Of a stretch of 64,000 bases of DNA, positions 25,648 to 40,556 are shown piece after piece (positions within the stretch are counted from its first letter, which is position 1; each line of letters opens with the position of its first letter). The notes beneath the pieces were generated by a model, which was given only the letters and a program-made list of their open reading frames with translations, made no database searches and was not told the origin of the DNA. A program made the position numbers and the translations under genes. Origin of the DNA: Octopus vulgaris. Its lineage: Eukaryota. The DNA is taken from NCBI GenBank assembly GCA_951406725.2, contig OX597834.1, positions 43,276,001 through 43,340,000 on the forward strand, read 5' to 3'.

Positions 25648-26799
25648 ACGTACATTATATAATGTATCAGAGGAAAATGTGTTGCTTGCAGAGGAAATCT
25701 AGTGAGTTACGACTTCTATAAACCGTCTCTGTCTTCTCATAACCGACAGACTATTGTTGACTTCTGTGTTCCATTTTCAAAATTCCGTTATACCATTTGA
25801 TTTCCCTCGTAGAAATATGTTTAATAACGTTTTATTGTTACGAGGTATGGCGGTGGGAACGGAGAGATCGTTTATTGTTATGAGATGTGTTGGTACAAAT
25901 CGTGATGGTGACGGTGTCGATAGTGTCGGCCCGTTATTGATCTATTAGTTGGCTATCACAACTACTATTTAGATAAGTGGGAAATAGTAGCGTTAACGAT
26001 ATACAAGCGATGAATATATGTAGATTATTTCCATTGACCATTTCCTACAAATGCACACTATATTATAAGTATTAATGGCGGCAACTGTTCTAAATTTGAT
26101 TCACAAATGAGGCAATGAAAATGAATTTTGGCACAGAGATCTATAATTAAGTAGGCAAGTAATCAATAATTCAGAGCCGGTTTGGAAGTGGACAGAATGG
26201 GGGCTGGGTGACGCAAAATTCTCTACGACTCAAGATGATCAGGAATACTGGCTTTCGATTCTCGTTTGAAGCGACGTCATTTTTGTATTTTTATTTTTTG
26301 TTTGCCATACTCAGAGGTAGATAGACAGCATCCATGTCTATTTCACAGGATTTTCAAAATGGCTGAAATTGTTCCCCCCCCGATAAGAGTGTACTGAACT
26401 GAAGCTACTCGAAGGTCTTGTGATGATGGTGCTGACCGAACAACAGATTCAGCCCTTTAATCGGGAAGCAGTTTAATCCTTTCGATTGATAGCGTATCAA
26501 TAACTGATTGCAACTTCCAATAGCACCTACGTCGATTTTTGCCTTTCATTATTTCGAGGTCGATAAAGTAAGAACAAGTTGAGACGTGGTAATCGATTTA
26601 CTCTAACCCCCGAAATTGCAGGCCTTATGCCAAAGTTTGAAACCGATATCTATTTACTACTTTTTACTTGAACTGGGTCTCTAGAAGAAAATACCCGACA
26701 ACGTTCTCACAGCTGTCAATGTAATTAGGAGGAATACATTGTTCCTTAACTAATCCTATTTGCCTCACTTACCTTCACCCATAAGCTCACCAAAAATAT

Positions 26800-27240
26800 A
26801 GGCACTGGTTTTGCTATGTAGTAAGAAGTTTATTTTACAACCGCATCGTTCCAGGTTCAGTCCTACTGCGTGTCACCTTGGGCAAGTGTCTTCTACTATA
26901 GCCCTGATCCCATCAAAACCTTTCTCAATGATTTGGTAGACGGAAGCTAAACATTCCGTCGTCTATACACACACACACGCACACATAAACACACACACAT
27001 ATCTTCAAATACACACATACACACATATAAAGTATATAGTTGTGTATGTGTATTTGGGTTTCATCCCTAGTACCGTTTGACAATCGGTGTTAGTTTGTTT
27101 ATGTTCTCGTTGACAACAAAATACCGATAGAATAAGTAACAGACTTTAACACCAAGAACTAGTTCCGACTCGCTTGATTAAAACCTTTCAAGTCGGTGCC
27201 CCAGCTGGCCACAATCGAATGAGTGAAACAAGTAACCGAT
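26800..27240 (+). mobile_element. SINE family A, diverged full-length, with internal CA/TA microsatellite
   Basis: Head ggttcagtcctactgcgtgtcaccttgggcaagtgtcttctactatagcc; tail gagtgaaacaagtaa. Confidence 0.8.
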
Positions 27241-28229
27241 CGCGGCATACTTCATGGTATATGACAGTGAATTAGCAGAGTCGGTAAAGTATTGAGTAGA
27301 ATGTTTGGTGCTATTCGTTTAGCGCGGTCTGAGCTCTGAGTTTTATCATCTCTTTGAAGTCTACGAGTAAATTACTAAAGCATCACTTCTTAATTTTCTT
27401 TCTACTTTCAGAAAAATAATGGAGTGAAGTTAGTTGTGTTCATAATTCGAAATTGATCGATTCTGCTAGCATTAGATATCCAAGATGCTCTATATTGCTT
27501 CGTCAAAATACGTTTCTGATTTGGAAAATATTACAGACGAATTTATCATTCATTGCCCTTGAATCAGTAAATTAAGTACCAGCAATTATTTGTGGACAGG
27601 TTTGGGTTGGTTGATGTAAAACTTTCTACGACTACAGATGATCAGAAACACTGGCTTTCGATACGTGTTGTTGTTTCAAAAACGGCCCAATCTTGCAAGC
27701 CATAATAAGGTTCTGTAACATGGATGAATTTTACATGTGAAAGCTGTAGAATAAGAATTCAGCAAGTATTTCGATGTATTAATGAATAAGTCCTTTAGAA
27801 TCATTTGCCAGTAGGCCTTTTTGTTAACAACAACAACAACGACAACAGCAGAGATTGAAGCTTGTCAATCGAACCGATCTGCATAATATATTTACAGGTA
27901 GATTAGTTCAAGATGAGAAAGTGTAGCACCCACAGCCCCCGTGGGGAGAATTACGGGGAAAGGGGAGAGAAGGAAACTGACAGTTCAATCATACGGAAAT
28001 CTGTTCCAAATATTTGCAACAAAGAGATCTCCGATGATGCGCAAAGGCAGGTGTTGATGTTACGTCAGGTAACAAATTCATAACTCTTCACCCGCGAAAC
28101 TTCAACGCAGTTTCCATTTATCGTATTTCAAATACAAATTTGGGGTTATTGAAACTATGCGCCACATTGTGCGACGTATTACAGAATCTTGTGATTGCGA
28201 AGAAAAAAGAACTTAGCCATAATACTCTT

Positions 28230-28574
28230 TAACACTTTTACTTGTTTCATTTGACTGCGGCCATGCTGGAGCACTGCCCTTTTAGTCGAGCAAATCGACC
28301 CCAGGACTTATTCGTTGTAACACTAGTACTTATTATATCAGTCTCTTATGCCGAACCGCTAGTTTACGGACGCGTAAATACACCAGCATCGGTTATTATA
28401 TACATATACATATATACGACGGGCTTATTTCAGTTTCTGTCTACCAATTCCACATACAAGGTTTTGGTCGGCCCGAGGCTATAGTAGAAGACACTTGGCC
28501 AAGGTCCCACACAGTGGGACTGAACCCAGAACCATGTGGTTGGCAAGCAAGCTACTTACCACACAGCCACTCCT
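28230..28574 (-). mobile_element. SINE family A, near full-length
   Basis: Head, core, internal TA tract and tail are all present in reverse. Confidence 0.88.
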
Positions 28575-28829
28575 AATAGGTCACATCTTGTTTTAAATCT
28601 CATGCCCCCAAACTGCGATATACCTGATACAAATATGACTACATCGCTACTACAATAGCGACCATGAAGACTGTAAGATTGATCCTTTATAGATTATGTA
28701 TCGAGGCAGTGGCACATAAGAGAACCTAAATGCATGCGATGCCACAAACTCCCTTTCGCAAACTAATTACTCGCTTTAAGTGTCTCTTAAGTTGAAGAAA
28801 GATTTAAAAGAAAACAACAAAATCATAAT

Positions 28830-28833
28830 AACA

Positions 28834-28872
<39 letters not shown>

Positions 28873-28898
28873 ATTATTATTATTATTGTTGTTGTTGT

Positions 28899-28951
<53 letters not shown>

Positions 28952-29001
28952 TTATTATTATTATTATCATTATTATTATTATCATCATCATTATTATTAT
29001 A

Positions 29002-29039
<38 letters not shown>

Positions 29040-29040
29040 A
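28830..29040. repeat. Compound (ATT)(GTT)(ACT)(ATC)n microsatellite
   Basis: Direct reading. Confidence 0.95.
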
Positions 29041-29581
29041 AGAGCAAAAAACAACAAGATAAGCAGTTATAATAATATCATGGCTCAGAGCAAGATTTTT
29101 AAATTAATATGGAAATGATTAGTGTGAAAGAATGGAAAGGAGAAAAAAAAAAGAAAAAGAAAACGATGGTGGGAGAGAATACTGGAATAAATGAATAAAA
29201 CTATTAATAATGGGGGGAAAAAAATTACATAAAATGATGTGGGGTGATGATGGGAAGCTGAAACAAAAGTAGAAGTTAATCAATTTTTGAAATCAATTCC
29301 AGGGAGTAAAAATATAGAGAAGCGGGTTTTAGGTTTTAATCTTCTCGTTTGATTATAACGATCGTAATAATATCATTATAATTAGTTTTGGTTATTCGTA
29401 TCACAAATGCTCCAGTGAGATATTAGAAGGTAACGGGAGATGCCCTACTATCGATATCCGCATTCTCAATTGAATATTTAAAGATTATGCTTCGCCACTT
29501 AGAATATATGGCTGTGTGGTTTAGAATTTCGCTTCACGATCGCATTCCTCCCAGACCACTTTGGCGCTACACTGTGTTTGG

Positions 29582-29828
29582 TACGAGGGGCTGCTGAAAC
29601 GTTACTGGCTGTAAGGGTATCGAGAAAAGCCTCGTTGGTGGCCCAGCCTTCCGAGTTCTTTAACAGGGCTCAGAAAAACTGAAAGACTGCTGCAAATTGT
29701 GCATCTGAGAGAGGAATACCTGCAATGTGTGGATCTGAAAGAGAAATATCTTGAATAAAACGATAATTAACTGATCACCCTCTATTTCTATTTAACCAAG
29801 GCCAGGACCATTTTGGCCCCACTTCGTA
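29582..29828 (+). mobile_element. Mariner MITE related to the 36856-38056 element
   Basis: TIR-like ends tacgaggggctgctgaaacgttactggc / gccaggaccattttggccccacttcgta; internal transposase-end remnant tgtgtggatctgaaagagaaatatcttgaataa (CVDLKEKYLE*). Confidence 0.72.
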
Positions 29829-29934
29829 AATGTTTTCGACATTAGATTCGGATTTACCAGCGGTTTTATAATTTTTATCCACACCATTGACATTAGTGTC
29901 TCGCGTCCTAGAATCAGAATGACGGTTACCCGTA

Positions 29935-30152
29935 TTCCATCGCGTGTATATGATCGAGATCAGATCACAATATTTCCCTTGAACAGGAGACCGTCCCGTC
30001 GCAGATTTACCCATTTGAACCTCAGTAAACTAGAAAAACGTCAAATGAAGTGTTTTGATCAAGAACACAATACCCTGCTCTACCTGGAAATCAAAACCTC
30101 GATTTTGCCATTGTTAGTGCAACACCATAATTGCTGTGCCATGCGCCTCCAC
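29935..30152 (-). mobile_element. SINE family C, diverged
   Basis: gaagtgttttgatcaagaacacaa...gccatgcgcctccac, homologous to 5555-5804. Confidence 0.7.
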
Positions 30153-33100
30153 TTTTCCAACTCTTTGGCCGCGATTTATTTGAAGGAAACTTGATAATTT
30201 ATATAGGATTATGTGTGAGTGGGGGATTCGTTTGGCAGCACTCTTGTAGCTTCCTAGAAATTTCCATTCTCCTGGTGAGAGTTTTGCTTCGTTTATAATG
30301 AAGTCATTAAGCATTTTCATCATTTCTGTTATAGAAGAATCTATTGCTAAAGGAAATAGTAATTCTTGGGAAATTCTACAGGGGGCAAATGCATTTAATA
30401 CAAACACCCACGCGCGCACATGCATGCATATACACGCACACAGTCATGCGCACAAATATACAAAGGCGCGCACTCACATAATAGAAGCTGAAATTTTTCA
30501 CCAATTTTACTGCGAGGTACACCTGTTTCGCTAGATATTAAGGATTTAGCAAAGGACGCATATTTAACAACATATTTTACTATCGTTTGGGGGTCCCAAT
30601 ACATTTGAAAGTAATTATATAATTTGAGTGATTGTTGGAAAACAAGAGAGGCAGGGTTGGTGAAACGGATGTGGAAATAAGTTCGCCTGATGGAAAATAA
30701 TGACTAGAATAAAACAAAGAAGTGTAAAAACGAAAAGGAGATAAAAATAATAATAATAGAAAAATAATATAGAAAAACGGAAGAATAGAAAACCGGAGGA
30801 GGCGGTATTGTAATTGAAGGAGAAAAAAATTAAAAGGGTAAGATTTCAGATAATTAAAAATATCTATAGAATTAATTAAAAAAAAAAACATCAATGGTGA
30901 ATGTGACTGGAAGAGGAAGAGAGTGATAAATATACTGCGGTAATTGTAAATATGTTGTTTGAAAGAAAATTACATTGCGCGATTGTGATTATTCGGCAGA
31001 GAAAAAAGTAATACGGCAAGTAAGAAGGTTACGATATGCAACAAAATTAGAAACGTTAAAATGTGAATAATATATAGTGTAAAAGATGATTGAAAAGTAT
31101 TAAATCTGATGGGGGAGTAATTTAATTACAAAATCTTATAAAAATATATATTACGTATGTTAGATTTAATTGCAATGTTTGAGTCACTGAGTAATTCCAT
31201 TGCATTCTTATCATCTGAAGCAATCATTAATTAACGATGGATTACGTTATAATTCTTGTTAGGAATAGGAAAGTTTGAATATACAAAGCAAATCACCTCT
31301 CAGAGTACTTATTATATTCTCATCATGGAAAAATATCATGTCTTCTTCAAATTTCATTAGTATTTAATTTCTAAACTTTAATATGATCCATAATTCTCCT
31401 TTTGATGTAAATGTTATTATTATATTCCCTTAGGTACTTCGATAACTTACTATCTGTACGTGAGTCTGCACGAGTAAAGTTGTATGGGTTTTAATTATAT
31501 CACATTTTAAATGGAATTTCCATTGAACTGATATGATCTTTAATAATTGATTCATTTGCAGGTGACACATTAGCAATAGGTAATAAGTTTTGTAAGGCAT
31601 TTAACATTTAAATAACGCGAGCCAGTCTTCATTTAATGGAAATAGTGATAACTTAGTTCTGTGTAAGGTTGATACCAAGCAAAAATTATTTGTCAAGTTT
31701 AAAAAAAAAGCTGTATTAAATTCTAGCTTTTAAAATATTTTGCTGTTGTAGAAAATACTACTGTATGGTGTCATACTTGGAAAAGCATTCAAACAGTAGT
31801 TTTGTGAATTGGTCTCTCAAAAAAAAAAAAAAAAAGCCGGACCTATGACGTGCAATGATGGATGAAAATATGGACGATTTCTATTCAATGAAATTCTAAA
31901 TTCCTAAAAGTATATATGTTTTTTTTTCAATTATTTAGAACACCCTATATAAATCCTAGCTTACTCTGAAATATGTCTGAAGCAATAAAGTCGGCAAAAA
32001 TATTAATTTCAATGAGAAAATGTGATTAAAATAATTAATCCTATAGAAATTTATTGCTCTACCGTTACTTGGTTCACTAATTAATGTAACGAGCCAAATT
32101 ATTCAAATCGGGAGTTACCGCTCTACTTTGCCAAAGATCACGTTTTTTATACCCACTCTCTACTCCTTTCAATTTTATAACTAATTCTAATTAATTTCAA
32201 GTCATATTCTTGACCAGTATAAATCAATAACCAAATGTTCTTTTTTTTTTCCATTTCACTATGGGTGCACAATTTTAATTAATTAAAATTTTATGGCTCT
32301 ACACATTAAATCAGTTAGTACCAACTTAAATATCTGTCTTCCTGATAGAAAGCGTAACTAGAAATGTTCGTAGTTCTCTCAGTATCTTAAGGTATTTCAC
32401 TTAACAGTCGTCCTTCGGTGAGAAGTTCTGACATCAATTGATGCGAATGTTTTTTGCTGAAGAGATATAAATACTCAGAAATATATCCGAAGCTATCACT
32501 ATTCCTCGTTAAGGATCAGACACACTTCTCGAAGTATCTCGCTATAGATTTTTAAGAAATAATCAACATGCATCTCTCAGCATCGCATTATGTATCTTGC
32601 GGACAAGTCACATGTATCATGCGGCCCGCTGTTATGAATCTTGTGACACCCTGGTTTGTATGTTGCAATACAATAATGTACAATAATTAGACCGAACAGT
32701 ATATGTTTAATAACAACGCGTAAAAGGTAACAACTCCATCTGGTTGCTCTACTCGCTAAAAATAGCAGTCATTTCTCCTACAAAATTGCTATTGATGTCT
32801 AAAAAGAACAGAAGTAATTTAGTGGATAATTTATCCATCACTTCTCCTAAAACGGTGGAATGACTATAGATGGAGTATCAATACAGTATTTAACTCTTCC
32901 TAACATAAAAAAATCCCTGTACGTTTGTTTCAAAACGGATTCCTGTGAATAGAGGTTTGAGTGTGAGTTCAGCGCATGTATTCGATCACTTCAATCGTCA
33001 CGAAGAACAGAGGCCTGGCGTTTTGGGACTCTTGACTTTAGTACTGTAAACCTAAAATTATGTTCCAAATGCTACAGCGAACCCATGAAATTATAGGATT

Positions 33101-33956
33101 TTAGACGTTAGTGCAATTTAGTGAAGAAATATTTTATTCAGCTTCTACAAAGTATATTGTAGAAGGAAATGTAGAACTGAAGGTGTAATCGAATCAAGTG
33201 TGATTTGAACTGACAATGAAAAGGGATGAAACTGAATATAGCACATTGTGCCACCATTTTTCTATTGATGTTGGACATCCAATGAAGTTCGCTTCCTAAA
33301 ATAAAAACGCCAAGAAAATTAACGTGAAAAGCAGAAAATAGGAAAAGAAGGGATATGGGAAACAAGTATGAAAGAATCCGGAATTGGAGGAAGTAAATGA
33401 AAAAAAACTATAAAAAAAAAGAAGAACGAGAAATACAAGAAAGTAAAACACACCTACAACATTAGGAGAAGACGGTAAGGAATGTCAAGAGGAGAAGCAG
33501 AAGGAGAGACTAGGCAAAGAGAAGAAATTTTCTATGATGACCAGCTTAAAGTATATTAGACTTACCAAATTAATCATTCATATACGGAACATTGATTGAT
33601 ATATTAGGTTTTTTTTGTGTTGTTTGTTCTCATGATGAGGTGTTTGTTTATTTTATATTTGAATTTCTACTTCAATAATCATACTTTACCTTCGCTCCAT
33701 AATACAGTCCGAAGATTGTTTGCATCACTTTCTCAAAAATCATATATTATGTATGTATGTATTTATGTATGAATGTACGTATGTATGTATGTATGTAGGT
33801 AGGTATGCATGTATGTATGTACGTATGTATGTATGTAGGTATGCATGTATGTAGATATGTGTATGCATGCATTTATATATGTATGTATGTGTGTATGCAT
33901 GTGTGTACGTATGGAGGTAAGTAGATATCTTGTTACGTACGTATATATGCTTCTAA

Positions 33957-33992
<36 letters not shown>

Positions 33993-34032
33993 TATACATA
34001 CATACATACATACATAATACATATTTAATCAC

Positions 34033-34070
<38 letters not shown>

Positions 34071-34190
34071 TTACATATATATAAGCATATATACATATAT
34101 ATATATATGTATACATAAATATATGGATAGGTAGATAGATATATAGATAGACAGACATAGAGATATAGAAATATGGAGATATATATATAT

Positions 34191-34264
<74 letters not shown>

Positions 34265-34372
34265 GTAGATAGATAGATACATGGCTATATATATATATCA
34301 ATAAATCTGATTACCTATTGCTTCCCTAATTCTTGGTAGAGTTCATGTACATACATACATACATACATAGAA

Positions 34373-34404
<32 letters not shown>

Positions 34405-34865
34405 GTGTGTGTATGTGTGTGTGTGTGTGTGTGCGTGCGTGAGTTTATGTGTGTGTATTATATGTTATATTCCAAAGTGTGTGTAGCATGGAAAGAGAGT
34501 AAAAACACGCAATAAGATATGAAATTATAGACCATAATGCCAATTTAGGGAACCTGTATTTCTACCTTTATGTACTTAGAATAAACGAAAAACAGATTTT
34601 CTTTTTTCTCCGCTCAATTTTCGCAGATTTTTTTCATTACGTCGATTTTCTTATCTTCCAAATTAATTTTTACCGTCATTCTCATATTTATTTTAATAAT
34701 ACGTATGGGAATACAGGTGAATATTAATTTAGGAATATCATAACAACACCAATACCACCACTACAAACAACAACAACAACAACATCAGCATCAAGAAGAA
34801 GAACAACAACAATAAAAATGATAGTAATAACTTTGGTGATGATGATAATAATAATAATAATAATG

Positions 34866-34896
<31 letters not shown>

Positions 34897-35194
34897 TAAT
34901 AATAATAATAGTAATAATAATAATGTTAAATAATAAATAACCATCATCATAAGTATACACTCGCAGACACATATACTTGCACATGCGCATGCATGCAACA
35001 TATTTATATATTTTCAGAAGTGTAGACAAAAAAATAAATAAAAAAACAAAGAAGTAAAACCTACACTGAATGAAAACGAAACACAGCACTTACCTAAGGC
35101 GGGACCTGTTCCTTGTTGAGTAATGAAATCATGCAATGAAAATTTAACGGCAGATATACACACGATGATAATGATGATGATGATGATGATGATG

Positions 35195-35229
<35 letters not shown>

Positions 35230-35678
35230 GATAATATTGATGATGATGATGTTAACTATGATAATGATAATAAAATTTCCTTGCTCTAAATCTTCAGATA
35301 ACGGCACATTCTAAAAGATGTTTTGAGTTGTTTGAGGTGATTATGGAAGGTATTTGAGGTAAGAAGAAAAATTAATTTAATATTAATATACAGAATTATT
35401 AACATTATTTGCTATATTTTTATTTCTCAAGGTTATGTTTATTTTTTCCTCATCCTTTCTTTTTTATCATATTGTCCATAGATTCCACCACAATTTTTTT
35501 TCATTCCAATTCGCACATAAATGCATTATAAATTTTCCTCCTCTTCTGACTTATATTTGTGTTATTTTTGCGCAATCTTTCTCCCCCATATCCACTTTTA
35601 TCCTTATATTTGTTTTTTTGATGGCCGGCCAATGTTTCGCAGATAATATACTCTAGGTAATTTCTGTGCCGTGTGAGC

Positions 35679-35721
<43 letters not shown>

Positions 35722-35850
35722 TATACGCATATACATATGTATTTATGTGGTTTTGTATATGTATATACATATATACATATATATATGGATATATATATAT
35801 ATATATATATATCCATATGTATATGTATATACATATATACATATATATAT

Positions 35851-35919
<69 letters not shown>

Positions 35920-36714
35920 TGTATGTATACAAACATAGATAATATATAAATAGATGTACGAAGACATTTTAGAGGCGTGCATATGTATGTATCTCTCTGT
36001 CTTTTCGTGTGAGTGTCTGTGCGTCTTTGTGTGTATACGATTGCGCACAATCAGTAAAATTATTCAGATTTTTTTTGGGGGGTTCTTGTTTTTTTGTATT
36101 CTATTTCGGAGACCAATTATTCCGAGTCCGGATCAAAGAATTTGCTGCAATATTGTGGAAGGAGAAATCAACCTTTGATGGATGGCGATATGAAATGAAA
36201 ATATTGACAATATGAAGATAGCTTAACCATCACAAAGCTTCCCATACTTGATATAATCCCCTTTTTGTTTCTCTTTCTCTCTTTCTCTCTTCTTTCTTAC
36301 CGTCGTAGCGTCGAAATATGAGTTTCTGCTACCCACGATCATGACTCCACCTTCATCTCTTCATGTACACCTTTGTAGTCACGTGTTCTCCGTTTCATTT
36401 CAACTACCGTCTACACCAGATAACTTAATGAATTATTTCCATCAGCGATCTGACCATTGACATATATAGGTACCATAATGTAGGTAAGACTGCAAATGAA
36501 TTTGGTCACCGACCAGTCTCCTCTGAACAAATGCATCCAGTTATCCACCACATGCCAGAACAATTCGTGACATACCTTACAGCATTGTTCGGTGCGAGGA
36601 GGGGCGAATCATTTAGGCACGCTGCAAGAATACAATATACAGTCAGGATTTTGAGTTTGGAATACGGAATTGCTTTACTATCGTGTTTTCTTACGTTCCT
36701 GTAAGCTAAATTTA

Positions 36715-36746
<32 letters not shown>

Positions 36747-36770
36747 TTATCTATCTATCTGTCTATCTGT

Positions 36771-36853
<83 letters not shown>

Positions 36854-36855
36854 GG

Positions 36856-38056
36856 TACTAGCTTGGGTTAAAAAAACATAGAGGATGATCTGTTAAATAT
36901 GGTCCTTCGGTTTTTCTAAACGCTGTGAAAAAACACGGATTGTTGGGCCTCCAAAAAGTCTTCTGTAGCCACGATCACTTATGAACCATAGTGAAGTTTC
37001 GTTCTCTTCAAATGTTTCCAAATGTGATAGTCGAAGGGGACCATGACAAGAAAGTAAGGTGGGTACTCTACCAATTGGAAGCAAAAGTAATGAATTTTCC
37101 CTTGGGTTTCCTGTGCTGAGTGTTCTGGTGCAGTGCATTGCCCTGCAAAACAGGACACCACGTCTCAGCTTTCCACTGCGTGTCTCCTTCAAAGTTCCTC
37201 GCATTTCGTCCAACAGAGACATATAGTATTCTGCGTTGAGGTGTGACCCTTCGGCAGGTAGTTTTTGAAGAGTACTCCATCTCTATTCCAGAACACTGAA
37301 GCCAGAATATTTCCAGCTTTTGGGTCCTAAACTCCTCGGGACGCGGTGAACCGCTGTGGTGTCAATCCGTTGGTTGCTATTTGGTTTGAGGATCATAATG
37401 ATGAAGCAAATTTCACCAATGGTGACGAAACGTGCTATAAAATCAATCTTTAAAGCTGCCAACCGGTCCAAACGTGACTTTGACGTCGTTATTTCGATGC
37501 GCTTCTGATCTACGGTCAGGCATTTCGGCACCCATTTTGCAGCAGGCTTTCTTATGCGCAGAATGTTGAGGATGATGTGGCCCCAATTTCGCGAAATCCC
37601 CAGGGACTAAATTACGACTCGAGCTGAAACCCGGTGGTCCTCGAAAATCACGTAACGCACAGCGCAGGCTTTGTCCTAAGTGGTCGCGAAAGTTGGCCAT
37701 CCTGACCGGAGTTCATCTGTAACCTCGAAATGACTAGTCCGAAACCTTGATATTCAGACTTGGTGTAAAGTGAGCCTCAAACCTTCAAGACTTCCTTCAT
37801 GTCGCCATGAATTTTGACGCATCTTTGCCTTGGAAAAAGGCAGGAACTTCAGGACGGCTCGTGCTTCAATTTTACCAAAATCCAAAATAGGATCTGCCTT
37901 CAAGTGTTAAATCTACAAAATACAGAAAATATAGTGCATGCCATTATGATTTTTTTGCTTATCTTGTAAATATTTATCCTACCTGTCCTGTAACTGTAAC
38001 AAACCTTCGCTGTCTCGACACCATCAAGCCCAAGAACTTTTCATCAACCCCACGTG
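36856..38056 (-). mobile_element. Decayed mariner (Tc1/mariner) DNA transposon
   Basis: 5' TIR cacgtggggttgatgaaaagttcttgg on the minus strand plus the transposase remnant; 3' TIR truncated by (CTAT)n. Confidence 0.88.
36893..37885 (-). pseudogene. Frameshifted mariner transposase
   Basis: Across frames: DFGKIEARAVLKFL, (W)VPKCLTVDQKRI, DFIARFVTIGE, KLRRGVL, LVEYPPY..PFDYH (WVPHEL-, D-E and YSPDL-region homologues). Confidence 0.9.
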
Positions 38057-38339
38057 GTGCATAAAACCGGAACAAATGCAACTAAGCCTTTTGTCCACGT
38101 AGTAGAAATTATGCCAGCTCACTACCTTAAGTCAAATAACTTGTTTCAAATTTTCACAGAAGGGTGGGGTGGGATTTGTATTTATTACATCGATCCAAAA
38201 TAATGATATACTGAGTCGATTCCGAACATAAAGTGGGAAGAATAGTCGATAAATATTTTATCCGACGTCGCAACGATTCTGCCATCACGCCGCCTTACTG
38301 CCTTAAATGATATACATTTCAAATTTAGGCTCAAGGCTA

Positions 38340-38522
38340 GCAATTTTGTGAAGGAGTTAAGTCGATTTTATCGACCCTAGTACTCAGTATTTATTTTATC
38401 AACCCCAAAATGATGAAAGGCAAAGTCGACCTCGGCGTAATTTGAACTGAGAACCCAAAGACAGACATAATGAGATACTTATTCTGCACGGCCTTGTAAC
38501 GTTTCTACCACCTCATCGCCTT
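38340..38522 (-). mobile_element. SINE family B copy
   Basis: ttaagtcgattttatcgaccc...tgatgaaaggcaaagtcgacctcggcgtaatttgaact. Confidence 0.8.
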
Positions 38523-39492
38523 ATGTAATACAGCTATTTGAATTCATTCGGTCTACACAGGGGCCTAATTTATGTCACTGAAACTTAACCATCCATTACG
38601 ATTGCTTTTTCCCAAGTCAACATGATCCCTGATAATTTATTTCCAAATTATTCAAGATAAAATTATGAATTCATTCAAGAAACATCTAGAAGCAAATGAT
38701 CAAATATTCCCTTGTTATTATTTCAAGTCGATAACGTATGAATGGAGGGTTATTCAGCTGCAGTTTCTGGAATGTCGATTCCCCTACGTAAATCCACACT
38801 CCATCATCTCGTAAATTCAAATACATTTTTAAATTGAAAAGATTGTCTCTAACCTGCAAGACCTACGAGTGTTACAAATATTTTTAATGACTTTCAACGC
38901 AGGATTTAATTGAAAAATATATTTTATTTATAACATTTTCTCCCTTGTTTATTGCGAGGTTAGCGGTGATTTAAATGCTTAAGAATCTACAAACATCTAC
39001 AGAGATGGTTTGGAATAAAGAAGAAAACCATAAACGGTAATATTATGAATTAATTCACGATGAATTAAATTGGATTTCTGATTGCCAATGATTGCTGCCA
39101 CAACAATGGCTTGCAAATCATCCTGTAAGATATGAGCAGCATAATATTGTATTTATTTTCTTTTTCTCTCTCACAAAAAGCAGTCTGGTAGAATTCGATA
39201 AGATTAAAAGGAAAGTACATTGTGCAAGAAAACATAGAAACACATGCATATATCATACGCGCATTATCTCTGTCTGTCTCCGCCCGTCTCTGTCGCTTTG
39301 TCTTTCGTTATTACTACACTGTCTTTCCCTACATCTCATTGTCTCCGCACTCTCTCCCTACTTCTCCCTCCCTCTCACTCCTCAAATGTATATATGTGTG
39401 TGTGTGTGTGCGTGTATATATATATGTACGTATATATATATATATAGATATACATATGCGCACGAAAGCGTGCACGTATCTATCTATCTATC

Positions 39493-39526
<34 letters not shown>

Positions 39527-39579
39527 CAAGCGTGTGTGTGTATATACGTATGTACGTATATATAAATATGTATATGTAC

Positions 39580-39624
<45 letters not shown>

Positions 39625-39662
39625 TATATATACATATATATATATACATATGCGCACGAAGG

Positions 39663-39720
<58 letters not shown>

Positions 39721-40345
39721 CACCCACATATATATATGTGTGTGTGTGCATGTGTGTGTGTGTATGTACGTGTATGTATGTGTATGTGTGTGTGTGTGTG
39801 TGCAAAACACGTTTGTGTTGTTATAAACGTGCCTGATTGCTTGGTTATGTGTCTCTCTATTCATCTCTTTGAATGCGTATGAATAGATTAACACAAAGAG
39901 AGCCACTGTGACAGGCACACGTAAGCACTACACAATCAAACACACTTAATTTTTACCCCCCACCACACGCACAAGGGCACTCACATATATAATGCTAAAA
40001 TCCAATAGAAAATAATTTCAAGTAAAATCTTCAAATTAAAGCCAGTGAAATCTCTTAAATATATATTTACATATTTGAATGATGTCTTTAGTTGGAGATG
40101 ATAAATAAAGTTAATTATGAAGAACGAAAATGACAAATGAAATATTCGGTTTGAAAATGAGAGTAAAAAAAATTTAATAAATGAAAATTAGAGAAAGAAA
40201 TAAAGACGAACGCTATATAAAAACAAACCCCTTATACTTGTAGACACAAATTCATGCAAACATATGCAACCATTTATGTGGGCATGTATGCGTATATATT
40301 TGCACATATATATATACTTATATACAGTATATATAGATACATACA

Positions 40346-40388
<43 letters not shown>

Positions 40389-40511
40389 TATACATATATA
40401 CACACATATAAATGTACACAGACATATATGCATCACTGAGTGTGTGTATATATATACATGTATATATATAACATATATATATATATATATATATAATATA
40501 TATATATATAT

Positions 40512-40556
<45 letters not shown>

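Noticed and set aside
32340-32655. hAT-like right end (atgcggcccgc...gacaccctg)
   Set aside because: No matching left TIR or TSD was found, so it cannot be delimited.
35088-35309. Minus-strand AG|GTAAGT donor and possible exon
   Set aside because: The putative exon would be mostly ATT/ATC repeat, and such motifs occur by chance (also near 521 and 26767).
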